DNA of 64,000 bases from an uncultured Clostridia bacterium. GTDB lineage: Bacteria > Bacillota > Clostridia > Christensenellales > CAG-314. Positions 26,184 through 35,815 of the stretch are shown piece after piece (the stretch's first letter is position 1; each line of letters begins with the position of its first letter). A model generated the notes under the pieces. It was not told the origin of the DNA. It did no database searches and was given only the letters and a program-made list of their open reading frames with translations. A program made the position numbers and the translations under genes. The stretch spans positions 3,387 to 67,386 of the forward strand of contig CANQYT010000003.1 in assembly GCA_947628135.1 (NCBI GenBank), written 5' to 3'.

Positions 26184-28565
26184 TCACTGTTCGCGCAGTG
26201 TAACGCCGTATTTCTCTTTGAGGGAACGCAGCGCTCTGCCGCACTGCTTTTCTATGTCGGAGTCCTGCAAGGTCTTGTTTTTGTCGCGAAGCACCACCGT
26301 TACGGCGAGACTTTTCTTGTTTGCGCCGAGTTTTTCTCCGCGGTACACGTCAAACAACCGCGCGCTTTCCACAGAGGGCAGTGCGAGAAATTCGTTCAAA
26401 ACGTCCTGCGCCGCGATATCCTCATCGCACAGCAACGCGAAATCTCTGCTGACGGAGGGATATTTTGCTATCGGTTGATATTTTATCTCATTCCGCGCCA
26501 ACTCAAACAGTTTGTCCAAATTCAATTCGGCGTACATACATTCCGCAGCGATGTCGAAATTTTCGGCGATCTGCGGGTGCAATTTTCCGAAATGACCGAT
26601 TTCCTGCCCGTCTACAAATACGTCCGCGCTCACACCGGGGTGAAGCAACTCGCATTGAGAGCGGACGAGGCGAATTTCGCCGTCCGTGACGGAACGCACC
26701 GCTTGCAAAATATCCTCGCGGAACGCGTCAAAGCCGCGCTCGGTGGCGCACACCGAAAGACGTTTTTGCTCAACGGGCAACTCCGTAAGGGGCAACTGTT
26801 TCGCCAGATACGCTTTGCCCACTTCGAACAATCTCAACTCGGCATTGTTGCGCGCGAGATTCATCGCCGCGCATTGAAGCATATTCGGCGCAAGCGATAT
26901 GTTCATAAGGGACAGTTCTTCGCCTATCGGATTCAACAATCTGATATATTTCGTTTCGTCCACGGGCGAAAGGCTTGCCTTGTCGAACAGCGCTTTGCCC
27001 GCAAAGGGGTAAAACACACATTCGTTGTAACGCAGACCGCGCATAACTTCTTTCAGCGCGTCGATACGCTTGCTTTCCGCCGTTTTGCCTCCGCAAGTTA
27101 TCCGCGCCTTGTCCATAAGCGTCCCCGAAATGTTGTCGTAGCCGTAGACGCGTATCAGTTCCTCAACTACGTCGCAGTCGCGCGAAACGTCGTCGCGATA
27201 GGGAGGAATGACGCAATTTACGAGGTTGCCCTCAATTGAGGTTTCGATGTTGAGCAGGCGCAATATGGAAAGAATACGTTCGTCGGGTATCTTTATGCCC
27301 AACAATTTGGCTATGCGGCGTTTGTCAAAAGAAACCGAGCGGCTTTGCGCCACCTCTCCGACAGAGATACGACCGCGCGTAATTTTGCCGCAGCCGAGCG
27401 CTTGCACAAGGTGCAGCGCGCGGGACAAACCGAGATCATTCGTGTAGGTCTCTATACCCTTTTCGAAACGCGCCGACGAATCGGAACGCAACCCGAGACG
27501 GTGTCCCGTACGGCGTACGTTCATACGCGCAAACGTAGCGGATTCGAACAAAACGCAATTGGTGTCCCATTTGATTTCGGAATTTTCTCCGCCCATAATT
27601 CCCGCAAGACCCACCGCGCGCTCTTTGTCGGCAATTACAAGATCGTCGTTGCAAAGTGCGTACTCTTTGCCGTCCAGCAAAACGATTTTCTCCCCGTCAA
27701 ATGCTCTGCGCACCGCTATTTGTCCGCCGTTTATATCTTTGCGGTCGAACGCGTGCATAGGCTGTCCTATTTCAAACAACACGTAGTTGGTGATGTCTAC
27801 GATGTTGTTGATTCCGTGCAAGCCCACTTTCGCAAGCCGCGACGTAAGCCAAACGGGAGATTTGCCGATAACCACGTCCGTTACGCCTTGCATAAAGTAG
27901 CCCTTGCAGATATCCGTTGCTTCAACGCTTACGGACACGAGGTCGGACGTGCAAACGCTCTCTTCCGTGTAGTCGGTTTGCGGTTCGCGGCAGGTTTTTC
28001 CGAGGGCGACGGCAACTTCGCGGGCAAGTCCCAGCACGCTGTTGCAATCCTGCCTGTTGGCGGTGACGCTTACGTCCAGCACGTAGTCGTCGATACCCAC
28101 TTCGCCGCGTATATCCGCTCCAACGACTGCGTTTTCGCTGAGGACAAGCACTCCGTCGCGTTCGGCGTTGGGATACATATCGCCGTTTATGCCCAATTCT
28201 TCCGCTCCGCAAAACATTCCCCACGATTCTTCGCCGCGCATTTTGTCCTTTGTGATGTGCAAGCCGTTGGCAAGGTTTGCGCCGTGCAAAGCGACGGGCA
28301 CTTTGTCGCCGACCTTTACGTGGTGATCGTTGGTAACTATGGGAATGATTTCGCCGCCGACGTCTACTTTGCAGCAAAGCAATCTTTCCGCGTTGGGGTG
28401 CTGAACGATTTGCTCGATTCTGCACACTTTTACGTTGGTAACGTGTTCGCCGAGATAGGTAACGCTCTCGATTTCCAAACCGATATTTACCATTTTGTCG
28501 CACAACGTCTGCACGTCTACGTCAACGTCCACGAAATCTTTTATCCAAGAAAGAGGTATTTTCAT
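26184..28565 (-). CDS. pheT: phenylalanine--tRNA ligase beta subunit
   Basis: 793 aa starting MKIPLSWIKDFVDV, with tRNA-binding, B3/4, B5 and C-terminal FDX-ACB regions. Confidence 0.96.
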   Translation of the reverse strand: MKIPLSWIKDFVDVDVDVQTLCDKMVNIGLEIESVTYLGEHVTNVKVCRIEQIVQHPNAERLLCCKVDVGGEIIPIVTNDHHVKVGDKVPVALHGANLANGLHITKDKMRGEESWGMFCGAEELGINGDMYPNAERDGVLVLSENAVVGADIRGEVGIDDYVLDVSVTANRQDCNSVLGLAREVAVALGKTCREPQTDYTEESVCTSDLVSVSVEATDICKGYFMQGVTDVVIGKSPVWLTSRLAKVGLHGINNIVDITNYVLFEIGQPMHAFDRKDINGGQIAVRRAFDGEKIVLLDGKEYALCNDDLVIADKERAVGLAGIMGGENSEIKWDTNCVLFESATFARMNVRRTGHRLGLRSDSSARFEKGIETYTNDLGLSRALHLVQALGCGKITRGRISVGEVAQSRSVSFDKRRIAKLLGIKIPDERILSILRLLNIETSIEGNLVNCVIPPYRDDVSRDCDVVEELIRVYGYDNISGTLMDKARITCGGKTAESKRIDALKEVMRGLRYNECVFYPFAGKALFDKASLSPVDETKYIRLLNPIGEELSLMNISLAPNMLQCAAMNLARNNAELRLFEVGKAYLAKQLPLTELPVEQKRLSVCATERGFDAFREDILQAVRSVTDGEIRLVRSQCELLHPGVSADVFVDGQEIGHFGKLHPQIAENFDIAAECMYAELNLDKLFELARNEIKYQPIAKYPSVSRDFALLCDEDIAAQDVLNEFLALPSVESARLFDVYRGEKLGANKKSLAVTVVLRDKNKTLQDSDIEKQCGRALRSLKEKYGVTLREQ

Positions 28566-28577
28566 CTTTGCGCTCTC

Positions 28578-29597
28578 CTATTTTCCGAATTGTTTGAGAA
28601 AACGCTGGTCGTTTTCAAAAAACAGTCTGATGTCGGGTATTCCGTACTTGATCATAGCCACGCGGTCCATACCGATACCGAAAGCGTATCCGCTGTATTT
28701 GCCGCTGTCGATACCGCAGTTTTCCAACACGTTGGGGTGCACCATTCCCGCGCCGAGCAGTTCTATCCAGCCCGTACCCTTGCAGAGGGAACAGCCTTTT
28801 CCGCCGCAGTTACTGCAAGTTACGTCCACCTCTACACTCGGTTCGGTAAAGGGGAAGAACGAGGGACGGAAACGCACCTTCGTTTGCGGTCCGAAAAGAT
28901 TTTCGGCGATGTAACTCAACGTCCCTTTCAAGTCGCACAGCGTGATGTTTTTGTCCACAGCCAAGCCCTCTATCTGATGAAACACGGGCGAGTGAGAAGC
29001 GTCGTTGTCCGAGCGAAACACCTTGCCGGGGCAAACGATCTTCAACGGGGGTTTGCGGCGTTCCATCACTCTCGCCTGCATTGCCGAAGTCTGCGTGCGC
29101 AGCAAAATGTTTTCCGTCACGTAGAAAGTGTCCTGCATATCCCGCGCGGGGTGATCTTCGGGAATGTTCAGCGCGCGGAAATTGTAGTAGTCCGTTTCTA
29201 TTTCAGGACCGCTCAGCACTTCGAAGCCCATCGCTTCCATCAGGTCGCATATCTGCTTTTCCACAAGGGTAACGGGGTGCAGCGCGCCGCGCGACGGGCA
29301 GGACGTGAGACTTATATCCACGCGCTCCCTTTGCAAACTCAGGCGCATTTCTTCCGCCTTGCTTTCCTCGGCTAACGCGGCAAACCTGTCTTCCAGATAT
29401 TTGCGCAGTTCGTTCACCTTTGCGCCGAACGCGGGGCGTTCTTCGGGCGGCAGGTCCTTGATTTTTTTCAACAAATCAGTAACCTCTCCCGACTTGCCGA
29501 GGTATTTTGCTCTCATTTGCTGCAATTCCGCTCCGCCGAGACTGCTCTTCGACGCAAGATCGAATTTCAGTTTGATCGCTTCAATCAAATCTTCCAT
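28578..29597 (-). CDS. pheS: phenylalanine--tRNA ligase alpha subunit
   Basis: 339 aa with class II aaRS motifs (FRxE-like PGKVFRSD, GAGMVHPNV). Confidence 0.96.
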   Translation of the reverse strand: MEDLIEAIKLKFDLASKSSLGGAELQQMRAKYLGKSGEVTDLLKKIKDLPPEERPAFGAKVNELRKYLEDRFAALAEESKAEEMRLSLQRERVDISLTSCPSRGALHPVTLVEKQICDLMEAMGFEVLSGPEIETDYYNFRALNIPEDHPARDMQDTFYVTENILLRTQTSAMQARVMERRKPPLKIVCPGKVFRSDNDASHSPVFHQIEGLAVDKNITLCDLKGTLSYIAENLFGPQTKVRFRPSFFPFTEPSVEVDVTCSNCGGKGCSLCKGTGWIELLGAGMVHPNVLENCGIDSGKYSGYAFGIGMDRVAMIKYGIPDIRLFFENDQRFLKQFGK

Positions 29598-29853
29598 ATT
29601 TATCTCCTAAAAAAAGCCCCAAGCGAAATGCTTAGGGCGATAAAATTTGTCGCGGTACCACCTAATTCAAGAGACAGAGTCTCTCCTTTGATGTTTGCTA
29701 ACGGAAACAACCCGCAAGCGGCTACTTTGCTTTCACCGTTTGAACTCGGAAGGGAATATCTTTTTGCGCGCATACGGGGCTTGCACCATCCCCCGTTCGC
29801 TGAAAATGCGTTGATCGCAAACTCTTGTGCTTCGTCAACGTTTGTATTTAGTA
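29598..29853 (-). promoter_or_regulatory. T-box leader (Phe, specifier UUC) controlling pheST
   Basis: The minus strand carries the T-box 'gaattaggtggtaccgcgac' (29649-29668). A terminator cccuaagc/gcuugggg plus U7 follows. A candidate specifier 'gagUUCaaa' is at 29742-29744. Confidence 0.88.
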
Positions 29854-29859
29854 TAGCAA

Positions 29860-29888
29860 AAAATATTGCGTTTGACAACAGTTTTTGA
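29860..29888 (-). promoter_or_regulatory. promoter of the pheST T-box leader
   Basis: The minus strand reads TTGTCA, 17-nt spacer, TATACT. Confidence 0.55.
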
Positions 29889-29950
29889 GTTAAATATAGC
29901 GCAAAACAATTGTATCCGCAGCAAATTTTTGCGCGGCAGCGTCAATACCG

Positions 29951-30000
29951 AAAGCGACGGCTGCTTCGGCGCAACGTGGGCGCTCGCAAGCCGTCGCTTT
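29951..30000 (-). terminator. long GC-rich hairpin downstream of the first YccF-domain gene
   Basis: 11-bp outer stem aaagcgacggc/gccgtcgcttt enclosing a GC(UUCG)GC hairpin. There is no clear U-tract, so the terminator role is tentative. Confidence 0.35.
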
Positions 30001-30023
30001 GACAAGTTCTGTTACTATTACAA

Positions 30024-30953
30024 TTACTTGTTTTCTTTTGCGTACAGTTCCCTGTATACTCCTGCCCATACGTTGTCGGAACTAAACCTGTAACCGCCGC
30101 TGATGGTATACTTTTTTATGCTTCCTGCGGACATATTCCCCTCAAAATAGTGAGTCAACGGCGCTATGTATTGATTGTCCAATTTGCAGAAATCTGAAAA
30201 TTGTGATATAAATTTATTGTGGCCTATCAATAATACAATCATACACAAAATCAAAGCAAAGAGTGCATACAGCATAATGCTATCATATTGCTGTTGCTCT
30301 ATGATTTCCTGCCCCAGCAAATAATCCATCGTAGTGAGGAAAACAATTGCCAAAATCAACATAATAATACCGAAGATGAATCCAACTATGTTATATTTCA
30401 CGTATTTTTTGTATACAGGCAAAAAATTGTTGTACTTTTCGGCTAACGGAGCAAAATATTCTCTCGCGGTTAAGGACGTGCCGTCCTCTTTTTGAACGAG
30501 GACCACGTCCGGATTGGCGACAATTCTTCGTCCCACAAGCAGGCAGTCGTGATTCGTGTTACGTTTGGAAGTAAATTCGTTTTCTCCCACTATTTCCACG
30601 CCAAACGGTGCGAAATTAAATTTGGCGATTTTCAACAGTTGAGACGCCAAAGGTATACCTATTATTGTTATCCCGCAAACAAGGCTCAACAAAATGTACA
30701 AAATGCTTGTTGCCAGCCCTCCGAACAACAACCAAAAAGTATTCATAACGGGGTGCGAGCCGTAATGATTTATTACCGTTTTTCCCGCGGGCGCAAATAC
30801 AAGCGGAATAAACTTGAAGTGCTGCAAACCGAAAGGTATGCCGACGATAGTCACCAGGCAAGCGACTCCCGTAAGCGCGCTGGATATAGCGGAGGATATC
30901 CCCACTATCAGCACCCAGAAGAAATTGAAAACAAATTGCAGAAATTTTTTCAT
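30024..30953 (-). CDS. YccF (DUF307) domain membrane protein with a long uncharacterised C-terminal extension, paralog 1
   Basis: 309 aa. Two YccF-like hairpin repeats are present (GIPFGLQHFKF..., GIPLASQLLKIAKF...), followed by a soluble linker, 2 TM helices and a conserved tail DNVWAGVY. Confidence 0.8.
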   Translation of the reverse strand: MKKFLQFVFNFFWVLIVGISSAISSALTGVACLVTIVGIPFGLQHFKFIPLVFAPAGKTVINHYGSHPVMNTFWLLFGGLATSILYILLSLVCGITIIGIPLASQLLKIAKFNFAPFGVEIVGENEFTSKRNTNHDCLLVGRRIVANPDVVLVQKEDGTSLTAREYFAPLAEKYNNFLPVYKKYVKYNIVGFIFGIIMLILAIVFLTTMDYLLGQEIIEQQQYDSIMLYALFALILCMIVLLIGHNKFISQFSDFCKLDNQYIAPLTHYFEGNMSAGSIKKYTISGGYRFSSDNVWAGVYRELYAKENK

Positions 30954-30968
30954 AATTTTTCCCTCTTT

Positions 30969-31847
30969 TTAATCGCTTTTGTTGTCGTAAAATTTCTTAT
31001 AGATTCCCGCCCAGACGTTATCCGTCTTGTAAACGGTAAATTTTTGTACCCTTCCTTTGGACATATCGCCCTCGAAATAATTCATCAACGAAGGCAGATA
31101 AAGACTGTCAAATTGTTTGTATTCTTTTAACGGTGGCATATATTTTTTATTTAACACATAAGTGGGTATTAAAATTGCCACTGCAAAAAGAATCGGCAAT
31201 GCGTAGATAAAAAGGAAATTAGCATAATATAACGTACCGGCGACCATAAACACCACAAAATCCAACACAGGCAGAATGACAGTATGAAGTTTGAAGTATT
31301 TACTCCATTTGGCGGAAAAATCACCGTATTGATTTGCAAATTGAGCAAAATATTCTTTTATCGTGAGGGGTGTTCCGTCCTCTTTTTGACCGACTGCGAC
31401 GTCGGGATTGGCGACGATTTTTTTACCCAACAGGAGATAATCGTAATAAGTGTTTCTGTTGGAAGAAAATTGATTTTCTTTCACTATTTCCACGCCAAAC
31501 GGCGCAAAATTGAAACCTGCAATTTTGAACAACTGCAATCCCAAAGGTATACCTATCACGGTGATTATGCAAACACAGCCCAGCAATCCGTACAAAAGGG
31601 TCATCGCCAAGCCTCCGAACAACAACCAAAGGGTATTCATAACGGGGTGCGAGCCGTAATGATCTATTACCGTTTTCCCCGCGGGCGCAAATACAAGCGG
31701 AATAAACTTGAAATGCTGCAAACCGAAAGGTATGCCGACAATCGTCACCAGGCAAGCGACTCCCGTAAGCGCGCTGGATATTGCGGAGGATATCCCCACT
31801 ATCAACACCCAGAAGAAATTGAAAACAAATTGCAAAAATTTTTTCAT
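30969..31847 (-). CDS. YccF (DUF307) domain membrane protein, paralog 2
   Basis: The ORF opens at 32030, but the ATG at 31847 gives MKKFLQFVFNFFW..., nearly identical to paralog 1 over the first ~80 codons. The upstream extension would overlap the divergent XRE gene. Confidence 0.8.
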   Translation of the reverse strand: MKKFLQFVFNFFWVLIVGISSAISSALTGVACLVTIVGIPFGLQHFKFIPLVFAPAGKTVIDHYGSHPVMNTLWLLFGGLAMTLLYGLLGCVCIITVIGIPLGLQLFKIAGFNFAPFGVEIVKENQFSSNRNTYYDYLLLGKKIVANPDVAVGQKEDGTPLTIKEYFAQFANQYGDFSAKWSKYFKLHTVILPVLDFVVFMVAGTLYYANFLFIYALPILFAVAILIPTYVLNKKYMPPLKEYKQFDSLYLPSLMNYFEGDMSKGRVQKFTVYKTDNVWAGIYKKFYDNKSD

Positions 31848-31878
31848 AAGTTTTTCCAACCGTACATACAGTATTATA

Positions 31879-31895
31879 TCCCACGTTTTGTGGGA
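31879..31895. promoter_or_regulatory. candidate operator in the divergent yccF-like/XRE intergenic region
   Basis: Perfect palindrome TCCCAC-gtttt-GTGGGA. A third half-site TGTGGGA lies at 31907-31913. Confidence 0.45.
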
Positions 31896-31935
31896 AGTCA
31901 ACAAAATGTGGGAAAATTGAGGTAATTTTCTTTTT

Positions 31936-32148
31936 ATGAAAAACAATGAACTCGGAACAAAAATCAAAGAACTTAGGTTGGAGCAAAGAATATCCCAACG
32001 CCGTCTCGGAGAGATATTGGGATTCAGCAATCAGGCGATAAGCGCTTGGGAATCGGGCTTACGCGAGCCGGACTGCGATTCGATAGTAAAGATAGCGAAA
32101 TATTTCAACGTTACGGCAGACTACCTGTTGGGGCTGAGTCAGATTTGA
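31936..32148 (+). CDS. small XRE-family HTH regulator
   Basis: 70 aa: LRLEQRISQRRLGEILGFSNQAISAWESG. It is divergent from paralog 2. Confidence 0.85.
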   Translation: MKNNELGTKIKELRLEQRISQRRLGEILGFSNQAISAWESGLREPDCDSIVKIAKYFNVTADYLLGLSQI

Positions 32149-32176
32149 TTTCAACGTTTTCAGCACAAATTTCAAC

Positions 32177-32212
32177 GCTCTGCAACTCAAAACAGTTGCC
32201 GAGCTTTTTTTT
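32177..32212 (+). terminator. intrinsic terminator of the XRE gene
   Basis: gctctgcaact caaaac agttgccgagc followed by T8. The U-tract overlaps the yunB stop. Confidence 0.75.
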
Positions 32213-32891
32213 ACGACGAGCCGAGTAGCAACCCTCCCTGCAAAAAAGTATTGGGGACTTTTCCGAGAATCAGACTTTCGCAAAGCAATATGGGCGTATT
32301 CGTTTCCACCTCGGCGTGCATCGTCGGCATAATGAGGTCCACTTTGCACACCACGTTTATGTAAATTCGGTGCAGAGTCTGATTTATCCCCGCCGTTTCG
32401 AATGCGGAAGTAAACGTGCAGTTTACGTTTCCGATTGGAGAAACCGTTACGCATACGGAGTCGCCCAATTCCGACAAAAGAGGTATCCCCGACAGCGTAC
32501 CGATGGGAATATCGACTACAAACGATTTCAGTTGCTCGATTTTCTTTTGGGTGAGTATCGCGGTACTGCGCGCAAGCGTATTTACGAGGGCGCTGTTTGC
32601 GGAAAGCATCACAACGTCGTTTTGGTCGTTTTTTTCCACAGTGACGAAGCGCGAGTAGTCCGTTTCATCGGCAAGCACGGCGCATACCGCCTCGTTTACC
32701 GCGAGCGTCGTCTCCGCTTTGAGCCTTGTTTGCGCAATGTCGAGAATGATTGGATTCATCGATCGACGGTAAAAGTACAAGGCAAAGAGTATCGCGCACA
32801 ACGCGAGCAAAGTCAGCGCAATTGCGAATTTGCGCCGTTTGCTACCCTTTTTGTATTTTGTTTTTGCGCCGACAACGGAATACTTTGCCAT
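32211..32891 (-). CDS. yunB: sporulation protein YunB
   Basis: 226 aa with an N-terminal TM helix and a conserved YunB core (IILDIAQTRLKAET..., GIPLLSELG, PIGNV...). Confidence 0.8.
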   Translation of the reverse strand: MAKYSVVGAKTKYKKGSKRRKFAIALTLLALCAILFALYFYRRSMNPIILDIAQTRLKAETTLAVNEAVCAVLADETDYSRFVTVEKNDQNDVVMLSANSALVNTLARSTAILTQKKIEQLKSFVVDIPIGTLSGIPLLSELGDSVCVTVSPIGNVNCTFTSAFETAGINQTLHRIYINVVCKVDLIMPTMHAEVETNTPILLCESLILGKVPNTFLQGGLLLGSS

Positions 32892-32937
32892 ATTCTGCCT
32901 TTTTTAGCATTATATTCCCGTCGGCAGACAAAAGTTA

Positions 32938-33309
32938 CTATTTCTTTTTCGTTCGCGGGCGGAACAGCACCGCCACAAGATACCCCGAAACAATGGCTAT
33001 GCTAACCCCCGTTGCGCACGCGGCAAGACCTCCCGTAAGCGCGCCGTAAACGCCGTCCTGTTTTGCCGCCTGCACCGCGCCTCTCACAAGCGCATACCCG
33101 AACCCGGAAATGGGAACGCTCGCGCCCGCCCCTGCAAATTCCACAAGTTTGCCGTACAGACCGAAGCCTTCGAGTACCGCCCCCGCGATAAGGAACAACA
33201 CGAGAATTTTCCCGTTTGTAAGGTGAGTAAAATTGATGATTATCTGCCCTATCAGGCATATCGCGCCGCCGACAACGAACGCTTTTACAAACATCAGAAA
33301 CATTTCCAT
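32938..33309 (-). CDS. spoVAE: stage V sporulation protein AE (SpoVAEb)
   Basis: 123 aa with FVVGGAICLIGQ and AGAGASVPISGFG motifs. The start overlaps the spoVAD stop. Confidence 0.9.
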   Translation of the reverse strand: MEMFLMFVKAFVVGGAICLIGQIIINFTHLTNGKILVLFLIAGAVLEGFGLYGKLVEFAGAGASVPISGFGYALVRGAVQAAKQDGVYGALTGGLAACATGVSIAIVSGYLVAVLFRPRTKKK

Positions 33310-34310
33310 CAGGCTGTTACCTCCACAAGATGCGTTATGGCGGGGATACTGTCCCCTTGGAAAGCGGTAGTCGGGCTCATCAGCGCGCCCGTCCCCGCAA
33401 GCAGAATTTTTTTATACTCTCCGCGCCGAAGTCTGCCCAACAGCACCGCGTTGAACACCAACGCCGAGCAAGCCGCGCCGCTGCCGCCTTGGTAAGTTTG
33501 CTGTTCGTCCCAATAGAGCGACGCGCCGCAGTCGTGAAGTTGCTCGGATACGTCGTAGCCCTCCTGCGCGGTCAAGTCCATCAGAATGTCGCTGCCCAAC
33601 TTGCCGAGGTCGCCCGTGTAAATTACGTCGTAATCGGACGGTTGAGTCTGCGTATCTTTGAAAAACGTAACCAGCGTATCGCACGCCGAAGGCGCCATTG
33701 CCGCGCCCATATTGTTTACGTCCATAACGCCGTAGTCTATCACGCGCCCGATCGTGCCGCGCGTCACTCGCGGAACACGCCTGTCCGAACGGTTTGAAAG
33801 CACCGTCGCGCCCACACCCGTAGCCGTCCACTGCGTCACGGGGGAACGCAGCACGCCCAACTCCAACGGGTAACGGTACTGCCTTTCCGCCGTGGAAAAG
33901 TGACTGCCCGCGGCGCACAACACGTTTTCCAATCCGTTGTTGAGCATAGCCGAGCCGACAAGCAAACTTTCGGCGAACGTCGCGCAGGCGTTGTATATCC
34001 CCAAAAATCCCGTGTGGCATTTCTTTGCGGCAAAGGACGCGGATACGATTTGATTGAGCAGGTCTCCCGCGATCAACGCGTCTATGTCCCTCTCGTTGAG
34101 GTTGGCTTTGGCTATTGCGCCCTCTATCGCGTGTTCGAACATTTTGCGCTCCGCCCGCTCAAACGTGTTTTGCGCAAACATATCGTCCTCCAACGCGAAG
34201 TCGAAAAAGCCCTTGTATCGACCGTCGTTTTCTTTCGGACCTGCTACCGTGTAGCCCTCCGTCACAAAGGAATTGGCAAAAACAAGCGTTCGTTTTTTGT
34301 AGTATTCCAT
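33309..34310 (-). CDS. spoVAD: stage V sporulation protein AD
   Basis: Thiolase-like fold protein. The ATG at 34310 (MEYYKK) follows GGAGG. The ORF track start at 34322 is a TTG inside the spoVAC end. Confidence 0.9.
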   Translation of the reverse strand: MEYYKKRTLVFANSFVTEGYTVAGPKENDGRYKGFFDFALEDDMFAQNTFERAERKMFEHAIEGAIAKANLNERDIDALIAGDLLNQIVSASFAAKKCHTGFLGIYNACATFAESLLVGSAMLNNGLENVLCAAGSHFSTAERQYRYPLELGVLRSPVTQWTATGVGATVLSNRSDRRVPRVTRGTIGRVIDYGVMDVNNMGAAMAPSACDTLVTFFKDTQTQPSDYDVIYTGDLGKLGSDILMDLTAQEGYDVSEQLHDCGASLYWDEQQTYQGGSGAACSALVFNAVLLGRLRRGEYKKILLAGTGALMSPTTAFQGDSIPAITHLVEVTA

Positions 34311-34311
34311 T

Positions 34312-34761
34312 TTATCCTCCAAACAGCAGCGTAAGCAACGCCACGATCACGGAAATAGTAACGCCGTTTACGATGACAGGACCTGCAACAAGAAACATCT
34401 TTGCACCCACGCCGTAAACGTACCCCTCCGCGCGAAATTCCAACGCGGGCGACACCACCGCATTGGAAAACCCCGTAATAGGTATCGTAGAACCCGCGCC
34501 CGCAAATCTTCCGATAACGTCGTAAACGCCGAATCCCGTAAGCATTGCGGCGATAAACACCAACGTCGCCGACGCCAACACCGACGCGTCCTGCAAGTTG
34601 AACCACAGCGAGTAAAGGTAAATAAACGCCTGTCCTATCGTGCATATCGTTCCGCCCACCACAAACGCCCACAGCATATTTTTCCAATGGGAACTTTTGG
34701 GCATTTTTTCGAAAACGTACGCTTTGTAGTTTTCTCTGGTAATTTCTTTGTTCGCTTCCAT
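34312..34761 (-). CDS. spoVAC: stage V sporulation protein AC
   Basis: The ATG at 34761 follows AGGAGA. FVVGGTICTIGQ and AGAGSTIPITGF motifs are present. Confidence 0.9.
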   Translation of the reverse strand: MEANKEITRENYKAYVFEKMPKSSHWKNMLWAFVVGGTICTIGQAFIYLYSLWFNLQDASVLASATLVFIAAMLTGFGVYDVIGRFAGAGSTIPITGFSNAVVSPALEFRAEGYVYGVGAKMFLVAGPVIVNGVTISVIVALLTLLFGG

Positions 34762-35268
34762 ATTTCTCCTATTTCTTGGCAATTTCGCCGTTTTTGTTTT
34801 CCAAATCGAACGCCGACGGAAAAAGCGTCTCCTTTTCGTCGCTGTTGCTTCCGAATTTTCTTTCCTTTGGATATTTCATACAGTCATTGTTGACAACAAA
34901 AGGAACGTTTATTCACGACGCGGGGCAATGGAAAACACGCCGTTGCAAAAACCTTTCAGTTTCATTACAGCCTGTAAACTGAGTTGGAAAAACAGCCCAA
35001 TCACGTAGCATATCGGTAAACGTCCCGAACTATGTAATAAATTTTAATTTCATCGCCTCGTGCATTTTGATTGGTGTTGAGATTTTTATTATGGTGAATT
35101 TATTTGAGAATTGTCGATGTATTTCAATGTGTGACTTCTTTTATCGGGAAAAGATATCGCTGTCACGCTGCTCATTTTTTGTCCAATTTCTTTTGATTAA
35201 ACAATAGTGATTTCATTATCTTGAAAGAAATTTTTCGGTTTTCGAAAGCAAATAAATTGCCTTTTTGG

Positions 35269-35289
35269 ATACTATGTGTGTAATAGTAT
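35269..35289. promoter_or_regulatory. palindromic motif site S4 (ATACTAT-gtgtgta-ATAGTAT)
   Basis: Perfect 7-bp arms with a 7-nt spacer, in the ORF-free region upstream of the spoVA operon. Confidence 0.5.
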
Positions 35290-35439
35290 TTTATAAATTG
35301 CCGAAAAACGGTATAGTTTAACTGAAAATAAGCGCAAATTCTTATAGAAAAAAAGTAGGATTTCTTTAATCAGACTATACAATATAAGAATGTTTTTATT
35401 GACCACAATTTTATTGTATCAAAATATTTATAATATAAC

Positions 35440-35815
35440 TCAATGGAGAAAACGTTCACAATGCAAAACCCTTGATTGTGATTTGAACACAAAGTTATAT
35501 TCAAAATTATTTATATGATTTTTAACCAGAGGTTAACTGCGATGCAAAATCGTTAATTGCAGGTTACCAAAAATTTTGCGCAATCACTTCATTATGCTTT
35601 TAATGAAATATCGTCATTTCACAAATATATAAAATTTCTTTAATTAGAGATTACACACAAAGAAAACTAGTTTAATTATGCCTTGAACGATATTTTACGT
35701 ATTATAAAATTCGTTTAACCAAAGATTCTATGCAATGTAAAATCGTTATTTCAGATTACCCACAATGCGACGTGAAAGTGTTTGATTATGCTTTGACGAA
35801 AATCATCGTAGTATA
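35440..35815 (+). repeat. degenerate tandem modules (~95-190 bp period)
   Basis: The recurrent pattern is 'atgcaa..aaaatcgtta.tt.cag.ttacc...attatgcttt.a.g.aa.atc.tc'. Modules start near 35521 and 35712, with partial copies at 35446 and 35641. Confidence 0.65.

Noticed and set aside
27345-29375. Very long ORFs antisense to well-supported genes. Examples are 27345-29375 (676 aa, opposite pheT/pheS), 40868-42619 (583 aa), 57556-59265 (569 aa), 43463-44965 (500 aa), 36066-37442, 2755-3951, 3854-5038, 11789-12904, 16364-17356 and 47166-48290.
   Set aside because: Each lies opposite a gene with unmistakable conserved motifs. The translations are R/H/F/V-rich low-complexity strings with no recognisable domains and no RBS. 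These are typical shadow ORFs produced by codon bias on the true coding strand.
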